Assembly (NCBI GenBank): GCA_030537675.1
Contig: JAUNVL010000001.1
Location: 7,656-71,655, forward strand
Source of the DNA: Propionibacteriaceae bacterium
GTDB taxonomy: Bacteria; Actinomycetota; Actinomycetes; Propionibacteriales; Propionibacteriaceae
Direction: 5' to 3'
Length of the DNA stretch: 64,000 nucleotides
Shown: piece after piece, positions 17,695 through 26,838 of the stretch
Position numbering within the stretch: the stretch's first letter is position 1
Layout of the letters: the number at the start of each line of letters is the position of its first letter
Program-made: the position numbers and the translations under genes
The notes under the pieces: generated by a model
The model's database searches: none
Told to the model about the DNA's origin: nothing
The model's input: only the letters and a program-made list of their open reading frames with translations

Positions 17695-17720
17695 GGCGAG
17701 CTCTGGATATGGAGCTCGCC
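17695..17720 (+). terminator. Hairpin after iolA
   Basis: GGCGAGCTC (17695-17703) pairs with GAGCTCGCC (17712-17720) across an 8-nt loop, followed by GTT. It lies 27 nt after the stop. Confidence 0.4.
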
Positions 17721-17889
17721 GTTGCGGTGTGCCGCGAGTGCGGGGATGACCTTTGGTGCGCTGCAGTTTGAGGATGGACTGCGCCTTGGCTACGCGATGG
17801 TTCTGGAGGCAGAGATCTGGGACTGGACCACCAAAGACCTTTGTTCGCTGGCGGTGCCCGGGCCGGTGAGATCCATGGGGTGAAGCCCG

Positions 17890-18963
17890 TCAACCCGTGA
17901 GTGCGACCAGGCCGATGACCCCGAGAAGGTAGAGAACGAGGACAGCAATGCTGTCGATGCCGAGGCGGGCGTGTTCCTTGGCGGGTCGAAAGATCAGGCC
18001 CGCCATGTAGACGACTGTGAGCAGGGCACCCAAGCCGGTGAGGTAGATGTCGGAGGCATGCGCGTTGGGCAGCACCGGCTTGCCGGACACGACCACGGCC
18101 AGTAGGAACAGCACGGGCAAGAAGGCATTGCCTCCGAAGATGTCGCCGAAGGCCAGCTTGTAGTCGCCCGCCCTGGTGGAGGTCAGCCCTGTGCTGAGCT
18201 CGGGCAGGGACGTCGCGGCCGCGAGGACGGTGGCGCCGAACAGCACCCCGGAGAGACCGATGTGGTCGGCGGCCGCGGTGCCACTCTCCTCCGCGAGGAC
18301 GCCAGCCACCAGGGTGGCCAGGGCGGCACCTGCGAAAATCAGCACAGCCTTGGTGGTACTCGTCCCTTGTTGTGTGGCCTTGGCTTCCACCGCGTGCTGT
18401 GAGTGGCCCCGCGGTTTGGGCTGGCTGTCCGGGGCTTCGCCGTTGCTCGCCCAGGGCAGCTTCCTGGTTGACCGTTGGGTGAGGACCAGACCGGCAACCC
18501 AGACGGCCGCGATGACGACGACGTCAGGTGTGAGCCGGAAGAACACCAGATCCTTGGGCAGTTGAGTGCCCATGACCACGACGCCGAGGACGGCGAGAAC
18601 CACTGCTCCCTCGATGACGAGGGTCAGGCTGGCTGCCTGGTAGGTGAGCGGTCGCCGTTCACGGACACCGAACGCGTCCAGTGCCACCAGAACCACCGTC
18701 TGTATCGCGATGCCCCCGAGGATGTTGCTCACTGCCACGTCAAGATGGCCGCTGGCCGCGGCGCTGTAGGTGATGGCGATCTCCGGCAGGTTGGTCGCCA
18801 CTGCCAGGAGGATGAGACCGCCGAGTGCCTGACCGAGATGAAGCCGGCTGGACAGGACGTCGGTGTACTTCGACAGCCAGATACCAGCGACCCAGATGGT
18901 GGCAGCACTGGCAAGGAAGATGATCAGCTCGGCCCAGAATGGCAAACTCGGCAAGAGGTCCAT
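17890..18963 (-). CDS. Ca2+/cation antiporter (CaCA family, sodium:calcium exchanger-like)
   Basis: 357 aa. Two homologous halves each carry an alpha-repeat (GLILLAVATNLPE... and ATVLAAATSLPEL). Confidence 0.8.
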   Translation of the reverse strand: MDLLPSLPFWAELIIFLASAATIWVAGIWLSKYTDVLSSRLHLGQALGGLILLAVATNLPEIAITYSAAASGHLDVAVSNILGGIAIQTVVLVALDAFGVRERRPLTYQAASLTLVIEGAVVLAVLGVVVMGTQLPKDLVFFRLTPDVVVIAAVWVAGLVLTQRSTRKLPWASNGEAPDSQPKPRGHSQHAVEAKATQQGTSTTKAVLIFAGAALATLVAGVLAEESGTAAADHIGLSGVLFGATVLAAATSLPELSTGLTSTRAGDYKLAFGDIFGGNAFLPVLFLLAVVVSGKPVLPNAHASDIYLTGLGALLTVVYMAGLIFRPAKEHARLGIDSIAVLVLYLLGVIGLVALTG

Positions 18964-19179
18964 CCGGCGATTTTACGCCCCGATATATGTGTTTCTGATA
19001 CCGATGTCGTGGCATTCTGTACGCATGTTGTTGTTGGCGCTGCGGGGCGGCTGCCTGTCGGTTTTCCATGGGGGCTGGGGGAGCATCCGATCCTCTTGGG
19101 CACGGGAGGCATCGGCGGTTCGTCTCTGCCCAATGAACGCGGGAATGGCAGCCCGCAGAGCGTCGGATAGTGTTTCGCC

Positions 19180-20256
19180 ATGGCGCTTCTTGATCTGCAA
19201 CGATCCTCCACCCCCACCTCGGACGAGGAGCGCGAGGCCGCGCTCGCCGACCCCGGGTTCGGGCGGTTCTACACCGACCACATGGCCATCGTGAACTACT
19301 CCGAAGGCCGTGGTTGGGAGAATCCGAGGATCGTCCCCACCGCCCACTTCTCCCTCCACCCGGCGGCCGCGGTGCTGCACTACGGGCAGGAAATCTTCGA
19401 AGGGCTCAAGGCGTATCGGCACGACGACGACTCCGTCTGGCTGTTTCGTCCCGAACGCAATGCCCGACGCTTCGTCGGCTCTGCCGAGCGGTTGCAGATG
19501 GCGCCCCTGCCGGAGGAGATGTTCCTGGCATCGGTGATGGAACTGGTCGACCTGGAGCGCGCGTGGGTCCCGGAGAACAGCAATGAGCAGAGCCTCTACA
19601 TCCGGCCCTTCCAGATTGCCGACGAACCCTACCTCGGTGTTCGTGAGGCCAAGAAGTACCTCTACTCCGTTCTGGCCACCCCGGCAGGTGCGTACTACCC
19701 GGACCCCGTGAAGTTGTGGATCACACCGAACTACACGCGCGCCGCGGTGGGTGGCACCGGCACGGCCAAGTGCGGCGGCAACTATGCGGCTAGTCTGGCG
19801 GCGGCTGTCGAGGCGCAGGAGCATGGCTGCGGTCAGGTGCTCTACACAGACGGCGCCGAGCACAAGTGGCTCGAGGAGTGCGGCACCATGAACTTCATGA
19901 TGATCACCGCCGACGACGAACTGCTGACCCCCGCACTCGGCACCATCCTGGAGGGCGTCACCCGCGACTCCATCCTCACCATCGCGCCCGAACACGGCCT
20001 CACGCCTGTGCAGCGGGCAATCTCCGTCGACGAACTTCGGGCAGGGCTGGACAGCGGCCACATCACGGAAGCGTTCGCCTGCGGTACCGCTGCGGTCATC
20101 ACGCCGATCGTCGGGTTCAATTCGCCCGATCGGGGTGAGGAGGTCGTCGGCGACGGCACACCCGGCGCCCGCACCCAGCAACTGCGCCAGCACCTGCTGG
20201 ACATCCAGTACGGCCGCGTGGCCGACCGGCACGGCTGGATGCGCCGCGTCGGCTGA
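19180..20256 (+). CDS. ilvE: Branched-chain amino acid aminotransferase (class IV PLP enzyme)
   Basis: 358 aa. Typical actinobacterial IlvE segments are present: FGRFYTDHM, LHYGQEIFEGLKAYR and GTGTAKCGGNYAAS. Confidence 0.9.
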   Translation: MALLDLQRSSTPTSDEEREAALADPGFGRFYTDHMAIVNYSEGRGWENPRIVPTAHFSLHPAAAVLHYGQEIFEGLKAYRHDDDSVWLFRPERNARRFVGSAERLQMAPLPEEMFLASVMELVDLERAWVPENSNEQSLYIRPFQIADEPYLGVREAKKYLYSVLATPAGAYYPDPVKLWITPNYTRAAVGGTGTAKCGGNYAASLAAAVEAQEHGCGQVLYTDGAEHKWLEECGTMNFMMITADDELLTPALGTILEGVTRDSILTIAPEHGLTPVQRAISVDELRAGLDSGHITEAFACGTAAVITPIVGFNSPDRGEEVVGDGTPGARTQQLRQHLLDIQYGRVADRHGWMRRVG

Positions 20257-20304
20257 AGCGGCCACGCCCTCGTTACTCGACTGCTACCACTCAGGTGCGA
20301 TGTA

Positions 20305-20811
20305 TCACTTGCCGGCCAGGAGGTCTTTCATCTCCTCGGGACCCCACGTGATCATCTGGGCGTTCGGCGCAGCAGTGAAGAGCACGGCGTTGCCGTTGCC
20401 GACGAACACCTTGCCGCCAGGAACTTCGGCGTACACCTCGTAGCCTGCCTCTTCGGCGCTCTTGTTGACCATGTCCGTCACTGCAGTGGGGTCGGGGTCA
20501 GCCATCATGATCGAGGCCGGCAGCGCCTCGGTCACCAGGGCGTCCTCGGGCACGCGAATGCCGGAGGGGATCAGGATCTCCATCTTGTTGGCAGTGATGG
20601 TGTCGCTGGTCACGCCGGTGTCGTCGAACGTCTGTTCGTCCCCCGGGCTGGCTGACTCGCCCATCGGTGCGGATGGATCGGACGGCTGCACGCTGGCGTT
20701 GGGCGGCGTCTCACTCAGGCTCGGACCGCTATCGCCTCCGCAGGCAGACAACGTGATGACCAGAGCAGCGGCCGCGATCCAGGGGGTGACATGATTCAAG
20801 GCTTTCGACAT
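20305..20811 (-). CDS. Lipoprotein, hypothetical
   Basis: ORF 20305..20943. ATG 20811 gives MSKALNHVTPWIAAAALVITLSAC-GG, a lipobox with Cys. The longer ORF would overlap the NUDIX gene. Confidence 0.65.
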   Translation of the reverse strand: MSKALNHVTPWIAAAALVITLSACGGDSGPSLSETPPNASVQPSDPSAPMGESASPGDEQTFDDTGVTSDTITANKMEILIPSGIRVPEDALVTEALPASIMMADPDPTAVTDMVNKSAEEAGYEVYAEVPGGKVFVGNGNAVLFTAAPNAQMITWGPEEMKDLLAGK

Positions 20812-20856
20812 GGCACCCATCGTATGCGAGGGAGACGAGGCTACGGTGGGCCAGTG

Positions 20857-21336
20857 ATGCGAGCGATCATCGGGACCCTTGGCTACGTTCGGCGCGGCGA
20901 CGAAGTGCTCCTGGTTCATCGACAACGCGACGGTGACGACCACCAGGGCAAGTACAACGGGCTGGGCGGAAAGTTGGAGGTTGGCGAGGACGCCGTCGCC
21001 TGCATGAAGAGAGAACTCGTGGAGGAGGCTGGAATCACGGCCACCTCACTGAGCCTGCGTGGCACCATCGCCTGGCCCGGGTTCGGCTCGGACGGATCCG
21101 ATTGGTTCGGGCTGGTTTTCATCATCGATGACTTCGACGGTGATCCGCCCGCCACCAATGACGACGGGCCGCTGCAGTGGGTTCCCATTTCCGAGCTGGG
21201 CGGACTGCCGATGTGGGAGGGCGATCGCTACTTCCTGCCCTGGGTCTTCGACGACGACCCCCGCCAGTTCCATGCCGTGCTGCCCTATCGCGACGGCGCA
21301 CTCGTCGTGGATGGCGTGGCAGCCACACGTCTGTAG
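20857..21336 (+). CDS. NUDIX hydrolase (MutT-like)
   Basis: NUDIX box GGKLEVGEDAVACMKRELVEEAGI. ATG 20857 is chosen within ORF 20791..21336. Confidence 0.8.
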   Translation: MRAIIGTLGYVRRGDEVLLVHRQRDGDDHQGKYNGLGGKLEVGEDAVACMKRELVEEAGITATSLSLRGTIAWPGFGSDGSDWFGLVFIIDDFDGDPPATNDDGPLQWVPISELGGLPMWEGDRYFLPWVFDDDPRQFHAVLPYRDGALVVDGVAATRL

Positions 21337-21451
21337 TCCAGCGCTCAGGGAAGAATCCGGGTGTGGCAGGGGTCGGTGTGCCTTGCCCATGGACTCCTCG
21401 GGCACCACACTGGAGGAAACAAGACACTCAACGAAACGAAGGAGAGACTCC

Positions 21452-22150
21452 ATGACGGAACACAACATCAACGAGAGCATGATCAACGAGAACCCGGAGG
21501 ACAAGCTGGCGTCGGACGAGGCAGCAGCAGAAGCGCACGAGCCGGCCGAGGACGTCGAGGTTGCTCCCGGCGAGGAGAAGTTGACGCCCGAGAAGTTGGG
21601 CGAGGCCGCCATCAAGTTTGCCACGGAGACGGCATTCGCCGCCGCCGGATTCGCTGGACATGTGGGGGAGAAGGCAAAGGCCTTCTTCGACGAGCAGAAG
21701 AAGCAGTACGCCGCAGCCCATCCGGAAGACGATGAGCCCAAGAGCAACGCGTTCCTGGACCAGCTGTCGGAGCAGTTGAGCCGCTTCGCCGACGACATGT
21801 CGCGCGGCTACCGTGAAATGGCCGAGAAGGGACGCGAAGTGGTTTCTCGCAACACCCCGAAGAACTGGACCAAGGACTCCGAGGGTGCCGTCAACGACGG
21901 TGAGACGCCCGTGGATTCCGAGGCGCCCACGTTCTCGAGCGATCTTTCCGGTGACGTCTCCGAGGCTTCTTCCGGTGACGCTGCGCCACACTTCAAGGAT
22001 GCGGAGGCGTCCGGCTTCATCAACGACGGCGATTCCCCGGTGGCCGACGACGCCACCGCGTTTTCCAGCGATCTGTCCGAGGACGTGTCGGAGAAGGCCC
22101 CCGAGTCCGACGACGTGCTGGACCGCAACGAGCAGGACGGTATCCTCTGA
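21452..22150 (+). CDS. Highly acidic hypothetical protein with an amphipathic helical N-half and a duplicated D/S/E-rich C-terminal module
   Basis: In-frame part of ORF 21059..22150. ATG 21452 is preceded by GGAGAG. The tandem modules are NDGETPVDSEAPTFSSDLSGDVSE (from ~21890) and NDGDSPVADDATAFSSDLSEDVSE (from ~22019). Confidence 0.65.
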   Translation: MTEHNINESMINENPEDKLASDEAAAEAHEPAEDVEVAPGEEKLTPEKLGEAAIKFATETAFAAAGFAGHVGEKAKAFFDEQKKQYAAAHPEDDEPKSNAFLDQLSEQLSRFADDMSRGYREMAEKGREVVSRNTPKNWTKDSEGAVNDGETPVDSEAPTFSSDLSGDVSEASSGDAAPHFKDAEASGFINDGDSPVADDATAFSSDLSEDVSEKAPESDDVLDRNEQDGIL

Positions 22151-22167
22151 GCAGGATTGCCCTCACC

Positions 22168-22204
22168 CGACGAGCGCCGAGCCCCCACGGGCCGGCGCTC
22201 GTCG
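22168..22204. terminator. Bidirectional hairpin between convergent genes
   Basis: CGACGAGCGCCG (22168-22179) pairs perfectly with CGGCGCTCGTCG (22193-22204) across a 13-nt loop. Confidence 0.55.
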
Positions 22205-22208
22205 CATG

Positions 22209-23822
22209 TCAGCGTCCGCTGATGTCGCGACGGCGGTAGCCCACCAGCCCCAACCCCAGTAGCACCAACCCGAGCAATGTCTCAGCGGTGATCGCCGTCC
22301 AGACCAGGTCCTCGGTGGGAAGCTTTGGCAGGTGTCCCCAGGGATGGAGCCGGAGAAGCCAGTCGGGAAAATTGAGCAGCGCGCCGACCCAGGACGCGAA
22401 GATGGACCACCCGATGATCGCCCAGATCAGGGGGAGCGCTCGTGGCGCCCATCCGAGGACGAGCATCATCAGCCCGAGAAGCACCACTGTGCCGGGTAAC
22501 AGCGCTCCTGCAGCCGCCAGCCCATCGACGAATGCGGACCAACTGCCGTCGGAACTGGCGGTCATGTGGAGCAGTCCACCGGTCAGGAGGGTCAGCAGGA
22601 CGGCCGTGCCTGCTGCGATGACAAGATGGCTCCCCGCCAGGGCCGAGCGGCGCGTGCTGGTGGCCAGCATGACTTCCGCACGCCCGGCTGTCTCCTCGCT
22701 GTTCAGACGGCCAAGCATCGTGATGGACATGAGGGCCAGGAATGTGGTCAACAGCCCCAGCATCGCGATGGTGTAGGCGTCGACGAGAGTCTGGGCGCCC
22801 CCACCCATGCGGGTCATGATCTCTGCGAACGCTGTGTTGCCCTTGATCAGCTCCGCCATCTGGATGCCCAGCGGTCCGATGCCGACCGCCGCGATGACCA
22901 TCCCGACGCCCCAGCCGATCACGGCGCCACGATGCAGGCGCCACGCCAGGCCCCAGGCGCCCGACAGGTACGGGGCCGCCTCCACCCGCCCCGGTGAACT
23001 GGCCCGGATGCCCGAGGCGTGGTCGCGCCGGGACTCCAGCAGGAGTGCCAGTGAGAGGAGCACGGCGGTGAGGGCAAGCGGCAGCAAGAGCACCCAGAAC
23101 CGCTCATCTGCGTACGGCCGAACCAGCGCAGGCCATGACAGGGGGTTGGCCCACTGCAAGAAGTCCAATAGGCGGTTGGTCTCGTCCGGCTTCTGTGAAC
23201 CATCGACGATGGCGCGCAGCAGGTAGAGGCCGCCCAGCGTGATGCCGATCGTCCAGTAGCGGGCGGTGCGGGCGCTGGTGAACAACTGGGCCATGACGGC
23301 CCCCACTCCGGTGAAGACGGCTCCCCCCAGGGCGATGGCGAGGCCTGAGGCCAGCGCCCCGGCAAAGGGTGTGGTCATCGCTGACATGGTGGCCACCACC
23401 AGGATGCCCAGCACAAAATTCCACAACAGCGTCAGCGCCACGCCCGCCGCCAGTGGTACGTGACGGCCGACGGCGCCGGCCCTGATCAGCTCAATGCGGC
23501 CCTCTTCCTCCTCTGCCCGCGTGGCCCGGATGATGCCGAGTCCACTCATCATCGCGGCAGCAACGGCGGTGAAGGCGCCCACGCGCCAGAAGGTGAACCC
23601 ACCGGGCAGCGTCAGGTCGAAGGGCGGGCCGAGGATCGCCCGCATCGTCGGATCGAGAGCCAGGCCCTGGAGCATGACTGCACCGTCCGGGCCATCAGGG
23701 ATGATCGTGGAGTACTGGCTGATGGTGGCGGGCATCAGAATCGCGAGCACCGCCACCCAGATGAGGAAGAACACCCAGTTGCGGCGGAAGAGGAAAGAGA
23801 ACACCGTCGTGAAACCGGTCAT
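22209..23822 (-). CDS. ABC-2 type exporter permease (12-TM fused permease)
   Basis: ORF 22209..24125. The real start ATG 23822 overlaps the ATPase stop (ATGA at 23819-23822). It is a polytopic hydrophobic protein. Confidence 0.8.
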   Translation of the reverse strand: MTGFTTVFSFLFRRNWVFFLIWVAVLAILMPATISQYSTIIPDGPDGAVMLQGLALDPTMRAILGPPFDLTLPGGFTFWRVGAFTAVAAAMMSGLGIIRATRAEEEEGRIELIRAGAVGRHVPLAAGVALTLLWNFVLGILVVATMSAMTTPFAGALASGLAIALGGAVFTGVGAVMAQLFTSARTARYWTIGITLGGLYLLRAIVDGSQKPDETNRLLDFLQWANPLSWPALVRPYADERFWVLLLPLALTAVLLSLALLLESRRDHASGIRASSPGRVEAAPYLSGAWGLAWRLHRGAVIGWGVGMVIAAVGIGPLGIQMAELIKGNTAFAEIMTRMGGGAQTLVDAYTIAMLGLLTTFLALMSITMLGRLNSEETAGRAEVMLATSTRRSALAGSHLVIAAGTAVLLTLLTGGLLHMTASSDGSWSAFVDGLAAAGALLPGTVVLLGLMMLVLGWAPRALPLIWAIIGWSIFASWVGALLNFPDWLLRLHPWGHLPKLPTEDLVWTAITAETLLGLVLLGLGLVGYRRRDISGR

Positions 23823-24712
23823 GTCAGCACCGGCACCTCGTAGTGGCGGACGAACAGTTCCTCCAGCGTGGGGGGCGTCGAGGTCAGGGTCACGATCCCC
23901 GCCGCGCTGAGAGCCGCGATGAGGTCGTCCATCTGGCCGGCGTCCACCTGCATGCTCACTCGATGGCCGTCCACGATGGGGTCGTGAACACCGGGGATGG
24001 AGTCCAGGTCGATGTGAACATGACGCAGGGTGGCGCTCACCTGCATTCGCTGGAGGTGGCGAAGTTCGTCGAGGGAGCCGGACTCGACGATTTTGCCCGA
24101 ACGAATGATGGAGACGTGATCGCACAAGGCCTCCACCTCAGAAAGAATGTGGGAGCTGAGGAGCACACTGCGGCCCTTGTGTTGCTCCGCGCGGATCACG
24201 TCGGCGAACACACGCTCCATCAGCGGGTCCAGACCGGATGTGGGCTCGTCCAGGAGCAACAGTTCGACGTCGCTCGCCAGGGCCGCGATCAGCGCCACCT
24301 TCTGACGGTTTCCCTTGGAGTAGCTGCGCCCCTTCTTGCGGGGATCAAGGTCGAAACGTTCGATGAGGTTCGAGCGTTTGGCCTTGTCCAGGCCTCCCCT
24401 GGCGCGTCCCAGCAAATCGATGGCCTCGCCCCCTGACAAGTTGGGCCACAGGTTGACGTCACCGGGCACGTAGGCCAGCCGACGATGCAGCGCGGGCGCA
24501 TCGCCCCAGGGGTCGCCACCGAGCAGTTGAGCCTGCCCGGAATCAGCGCGCAGCAGCCCGAGGAGGACACGGATTGTGGTGGATTTCCCGGAGCCGTTGG
24601 GTCCGAGGAAGCCGTGGATCTGTCCGGTGGGGACCGTCAGTTCCAGCTCGTCGAGCGCTACCGTGCGCCCGAATGACTTGGTCAAGCCCGAGATCTCGAT
24701 GGCGTTGGTCAT
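23819..24712 (-). CDS. ABC transporter ATP-binding protein
   Basis: Walker [11 protein letters not shown]-loop, signature-like YSKGNRQKV and Walker [13 protein letters not shown]. The start overlaps the TetR gene stop (24709-24712). Confidence 0.9.
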   Translation of the reverse strand: MTNAIEISGLTKSFGRTVALDELELTVPTGQIHGFLGPNGSGKSTTIRVLLGLLRADSGQAQLLGGDPWGDAPALHRRLAYVPGDVNLWPNLSGGEAIDLLGRARGGLDKAKRSNLIERFDLDPRKKGRSYSKGNRQKVALIAALASDVELLLLDEPTSGLDPLMERVFADVIRAEQHKGRSVLLSSHILSEVEALCDHVSIIRSGKIVESGSLDELRHLQRMQVSATLRHVHIDLDSIPGVHDPIVDGHRVSMQVDAGQMDDLIAALSAAGIVTLTSTPPTLEELFVRHYEVPVLT

Positions 24713-25389
24713 GATGCGTCCTCGGTTGATGCGGTGTCCGGAGTGCTTGCCGGAGAGGAGTGGTGTGCGCCCAGGGCGTCGGTTATCGAGCGCAGGAAGC
24801 GGTCGTCAGTGAACATGCCGTGCGTGAAGAGCTCGACGCTGGCGAGCGCGTACCGGGTGTACACGGCGGGGTCGAGCAGGCTTGTGCCGCCAAGGCGACG
24901 GGCCACCTGCGCGCCGAGGATGCTGGCGCCGCAGGACAGAGCGGTGAGCGTTGTCACCCACGCGATGCGGTCCTCCGGTTCGCGCATCGTGCCCGCTGTC
25001 ACGCCTTCGGTGAGGAATTCGTTGGTCATGTCGCACACTCGGTCGAAGAGGCGATCAGCGCCCTCGCCACCCTCGGTGAGACCGGCGACGATGTAGTCCA
25101 TGTAGGGACTCTGCTCAGCCAGCTGGGACGACATCTGGCCCATGGACTCCACGTCGCCCTGAACAGCGGCCGCCTTTTCCCGGCCAAGGCGCTCCAGCAG
25201 CCACTCGTCGCATGCCGTCCGGAGGCCGTTCTTGCTGCCGAAATGATGGAGGACAAGTCCGACGGAGACACCGGCTGAGTCCGCGATCATCCGCACTGTT
25301 GTCGATCGGACACCGTGCTTGCTGAACAGGTCGAACGCGGACGTCCGGATGCGGGCTGCCGTGCTGAGGTCCTGTGCCATTGAACTCAT
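24709..25389 (-). CDS. TetR/AcrR-family transcriptional regulator
   Basis: N-terminal HTH region [41 protein letters not shown]. The track ORF starts at TTG 25395. ATG 25389 or ATG 25380 are more likely starts. The gene is first in the operon with the ABC exporter. Confidence 0.85.
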   Translation of the reverse strand: MSSMAQDLSTAARIRTSAFDLFSKHGVRSTTVRMIADSAGVSVGLVLHHFGSKNGLRTACDEWLLERLGREKAAAVQGDVESMGQMSSQLAEQSPYMDYIVAGLTEGGEGADRLFDRVCDMTNEFLTEGVTAGTMREPEDRIAWVTTLTALSCGASILGAQVARRLGGTSLLDPAVYTRYALASVELFTHGMFTDDRFLRSITDALGAHHSSPASTPDTASTEDAS

Positions 25390-25415
25390 GTTCAATATAT
25401 TGAACTAGTGTTCAA
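25380..25415. promoter_or_regulatory. Twin 16-bp palindromic operators (TTGAAC-N4-GTTCAA, two copies), presumed TetR binding sites
   Basis: TTGAACTCATGTTCAA at 25380-25395 and TTGAACTAGTGTTCAA at 25400-25415. Their centres are 20 bp apart. They abut or overlap the 5-prime end of the TetR gene. Confidence 0.6.
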
Positions 25416-25499
25416 TGGATGTCAAGGGTGGTGCGCGGAACAGCATTGACACCGTGGCAGCGTTGCTGGTCCCGTGGGTTCGGCGGCGGTGCTGTCAGC

Positions 25500-26591
25500 T
25501 CACTTTTCGAGATCAGCGACGCCGGAGAACCGGATGAACACGGTGATCCAGCCGAAGATCAGAGCGAAGACGATGATCTCGAAGGCGGTGATGCCGAAGA
25601 ATCTGACGCCGGTGAGCGCGAGGCTCACGAGGAGCGCAGCCAGGAACGCCCATGAGGCGAGAAAATAGGCGCGGGGCATCCCGCGCAGCACTTTTGGGCC
25701 CGATACGAGGAGACCCAGGTACACCACGGCCAGCCCCATGGCGAAGAGGTTGTGCACGAGCAGGCTGATGTCGACGGGCACGAGACCCACGCCTGCCAGG
25801 AAGACTCCCATGGCCACGAAGAGGGTGGAGACGATCCTTGGGCAGGCAGCGTACGTGAGGCAGCCCCGCGCCACCAGGGCCCGGAGGTCATGCGTCACAT
25901 AGGCGGCGAAGGTGGTGACCAGCATGCCGCCGACCACCAGCGTGCCGTTGAAGGTGTACCCCGACAGGTCGCGGAACGTCCCGAGGTGGCTGAAGTGGAT
26001 CTCCCACCACAGTGGGTCCGAGGCGGTGAGAGTCGCGGTGAACGTGCCGATGGTCACAAACCACAGCAGCAGGGTGGACATGGCGCGGGTGGTGATCTTC
26101 GAGACCGACAGGTACACGAAGTACGTCGTGATGCCGACTGTCACTGCCATCAGCACGACGGACCAGAAAACGCCGAGCGGTGCACCGATGAAGGATCTGT
26201 CAATGATGAGGTACACAGCCAGCGTCGCCAGCGCAGCCAGCACCGCGTGGACCAGCACCACGGCGATGGTGTTGACAGTGAATGTCCACGTGGACAACGA
26301 CCGTCGCCATTCCTGGCCGGTCAACCCCCGCATCCTGCGGTAGGCGACAGCCGCCGTCGCAGCGGCCGCGACACCTGAGGCGATACTGGCCGCCATGCCG
26401 AACGAGTTGGTCCCCGCGAGCGCGATGGAGGGGAGGGCAAGACCGATGATCAGGCCGAACACCGCGCCCAGAGCCCCGGCAGTCAGGGCCCAGTACAGGG
26501 CAGTGGACTCGACCTGGATCGACTTCGCTGGTCCCTCAGGCTCGCCATCCCCGGCGGCGAGGTCATGTCCAAGCGGGGTGTAGCGCTCCAT
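25500..26591 (-). CDS. Polytopic integral membrane protein, hypothetical
   Basis: ORF 25500..26651 with about 10 hydrophobic helices. ATG 26591 (MERYTPLG) is a plausible start. I recognised no family motif. Confidence 0.6.
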   Translation of the reverse strand: MERYTPLGHDLAAGDGEPEGPAKSIQVESTALYWALTAGALGAVFGLIIGLALPSIALAGTNSFGMAASIASGVAAAATAAVAYRRMRGLTGQEWRRSLSTWTFTVNTIAVVLVHAVLAALATLAVYLIIDRSFIGAPLGVFWSVVLMAVTVGITTYFVYLSVSKITTRAMSTLLLWFVTIGTFTATLTASDPLWWEIHFSHLGTFRDLSGYTFNGTLVVGGMLVTTFAAYVTHDLRALVARGCLTYAACPRIVSTLFVAMGVFLAGVGLVPVDISLLVHNLFAMGLAVVYLGLLVSGPKVLRGMPRAYFLASWAFLAALLVSLALTGVRFFGITAFEIIVFALIFGWITVFIRFSGVADLEK

Positions 26592-26838
26592 CCGGGACTC
26601 CGATGAGGAAGCGGATGGTTCTCGTCGACCGTCCCTTGGTGGATGCCCCATCTCGTCCCCTTTTTCCTCATGAGCCCCACGACGACGCCCGCATCCACCA
26701 GCGTAGGCCGCTTGATTGCTCCCGGGGAGATCGGTGGCCCGGGAGATGGGGGAGCGGTCAGATGCGAGTCACGGCCGCGGGAGAGCCGGGCGGACATGGC
26801 AGCAAAATGTCACACGTGTCGGGTGCCCGCTGCGCTGA

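Noticed and set aside
19025-19294. ATG-TTG-TTG-TTG-GCG-CTG (MLLLAL...) upstream of ilvE, considered as a Leu-rich attenuation leader peptide.
   Set aside because: The frame stays open for about 90 codons and runs into the ilvE coding region out of frame. No terminator/antiterminator pair is visible. It is not a typical short leader.
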